Positions 62,193-64,000 of a stretch of 64,000 bases of DNA are shown piece by piece (position 1 is the stretch's first letter; each line of letters opens with the position of its first letter). The notes beneath the pieces are model-generated. The model had not been told where the DNA came from. It worked only from the letters and a program-made list of their open reading frames with translations, and made no database searches. Source of the stretch: Chrysomallon squamiferum (taxonomy: Eukaryota > Animalia > Mollusca); the NCBI GenBank assembly GCA_012295275.1, contig CM022667.1:22196001-22260000 (forward strand), read 5' to 3'. The position numbers and the translations under genes are program-made.

Positions 62193-63587
62193 TAAACTTG
62201 TAGCAGAATAACACAGTAGAAAGATAATTGTTCACCTGACAATATCTGACCATACAGTTGCTCACCAATAAAATGAGAACTAGGACACTAATTGTATTTT
62301 AGGTTATGGTATGTGTATGTAATTTAGTTGGGTGAGAATGGGAATCTTTGATAACAAAATAAATAAATAAGATTAAATTAATTCTAAATCATATATTTTC
62401 CAAATCTTTTTGGAGTGTTAAGTGTTGCAGAGTAGTTAAAACTAATTACAAAAACACCCACATAATTCTAAAAGTTTGATCTCCTTTAACCAACAATAAT
62501 GTTTGAGTATTCTAAAAGTATAATGTAATTAGTAATTAACACCTATATCTGAAACATGGTATATGTCTTTGATGTTCATAAATCATTGTCAGAAGTAACT
62601 GCCTCCTTATATAAACAATTGCAGGAACCTCATGAATTGAACTGCATAATTAACACAACTTTGAAATTGTGTCTTTAGAAATATTTTAATGGGTTTTTTT
62701 ATCAACAAAACATTATTGATTTTTTATTAATAAAATAATACTATAATTTTGTTAATAAAAAGCCTAAAGGTAAGCAAGGGTCCTATTTCTCACTGTCCAA
62801 TGAGGTATTGTTCAGTGAGCAATTACCCTACATTCAGAAAAATATTCAGCAAAAAAAATCTTCTAACATCAGTAAAATCTCTACTGACAAGGCATATATC
62901 TAAACAACAAGATTTCCTCCAAAATATTTATTTCGTTATTTTTATTTATTTATTTAATGTTTAAATTTTACATTCTGGATAAATAATCCTGATTATGGAT
63001 GTTTTACCTTATTCTTAAGAATCATTATTTGTCTTATTGTTACATACAAAATAACCAATTTGGAAATCCTGATTTCATTAAATATTTCTATAAAAATAAT
63101 GTTATTTTTCTTCAAAGTAAAACATATTAAAAGATATGCATAAATTGTTTTATATTTGTGCATGTGCTAAAAATAAAAACTATTTCAAAATATTTAAATA
63201 CATAAATATAAATTAATATAAACCAGCATTATACAACAGGTCATAAAATGTATGTGGTGTTTTTTGTCTTCTTTAATTATGATTTATTATTTGCTAAAAT
63301 ACTGTTATTACTTACGTATGGTTTTCATTTATTAATAACCTAAATAAAAAACTAAATAATAATATTTAAAGCATATTCACAAAGATAAATACACTGACTT
63401 TATTTATAATAAATGAGTCTTATAATGTGAGAAACAAAAAAATCTATGCTTCTAATTTTTCTAACTGAAGAAAAATAAAATTATTTATTAAAGTTACATT
63501 CATTTTGGTACAATTTCCATAAAATAATTGTGTGTGTATGTGTGTGTTTGTGTTTGTGTGCATACATGCAAGTAGATATATATATAG

Positions 63588-63619
<32 letters not shown>

Positions 63620-63776
63620 CTATATATGTAAATATGTGTATATGTATACAGGTAGGTTGATAGGTAGGTATAGTCAAAAATACTGATGGATTACATAAAA
63701 GGCACAATGTTACTGTCTTCTACTTTTTTCTTTTGTTTTTGCACAATATCAGTTAATGCATGGTTTTCAAACACAT

Positions 63777-64000
63777 TTAGCCTATCGCCTCATATGGCCA
63801 ATTCAGTTGTTTTACTAGACCTCCTTTTGGTTTTGCATATCTGCCATATTTGTCCAGGGCTAATTGTTTCTGGGATGATCGCCAGCCAATCAGCTGAGCT
63901 GTTGTACATGGGTAAGGTCTGGGAGAAGGTAAGACAGTGATGTATTCTTCAATGGGAGTCACAGGACGAATTCGAATAATTGGTGATAGTTTCCTTTTAG
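63777..64000 (-). CDS. CIMIP1: Ciliary microtubule inner protein 1 (C20orf85/LLC1), 3' coding exon, partial
   Basis: KRKLSPIIRIRPVTPIEEYITVLPSPRPYPCTTAQLIGWRSS...LVKQLNWPYEAIG* matches the C20orf85 family motif IRPVTPVEKYIKVFPSPPVPQTTQGFIGWRS...ELCWP. Confidence 0.88.
   Translation of the reverse strand, partial: KRKLSPIIRIRPVTPIEEYITVLPSPRPYPCTTAQLIGWRSSQKQLALDKYGRYAKPKGGLVKQLNWPYEAIG

Noticed and set aside
62057-62268. Poly-Ile / poly-Leu ORFs (also the CVCV/THTH ORFs at 7610-7976)
   Set aside because: Microsatellite translation artefacts.

Overview
AT-rich, intron-dense animal genomic DNA; a mollusc or other lophotrochozoan is my inference from composition and repeat types. Reading splice sites by hand gives five protein-coding genes: the last 3 coding exons of the eIF2-alpha kinase HRI (EIF2AK1, +), a complete 13-exon TTLL9 (-), a complete 13-exon VPS9D1 (+, head-to-head with TTLL9), a complete ~43-exon CEP192 (-, ~2500 aa), and the last exon of C20orf85/CIMIP1 (-) at the right edge. 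Mobile DNA includes a deleted Tigger/pogo element, a 3.4-kb Academ (AcademX-like) transposon with ~400-bp inverted arms in VPS9D1 intron 1, a GGG...CCC foldback MITE, a Tc1/mariner fragment, two copies of an unclassified repeat and a decayed RNase H-bearing I-clade LINE. The most notable non-obvious signals are three minor-spliceosome (U12-type) intron candidates in two adjacent divergent genes, a 24-nt symmetric microexon candidate in CEP192, microhomology-flanked deletions in the transposon arms, a possible poison exon in TTLL9, and a probable + strand gene start near 60.3-62 kb. I did not find a clearly new biological system. Gene identities rest on remembered vertebrate orthologue sequences, not on database searches, and coordinates are hand-counted.
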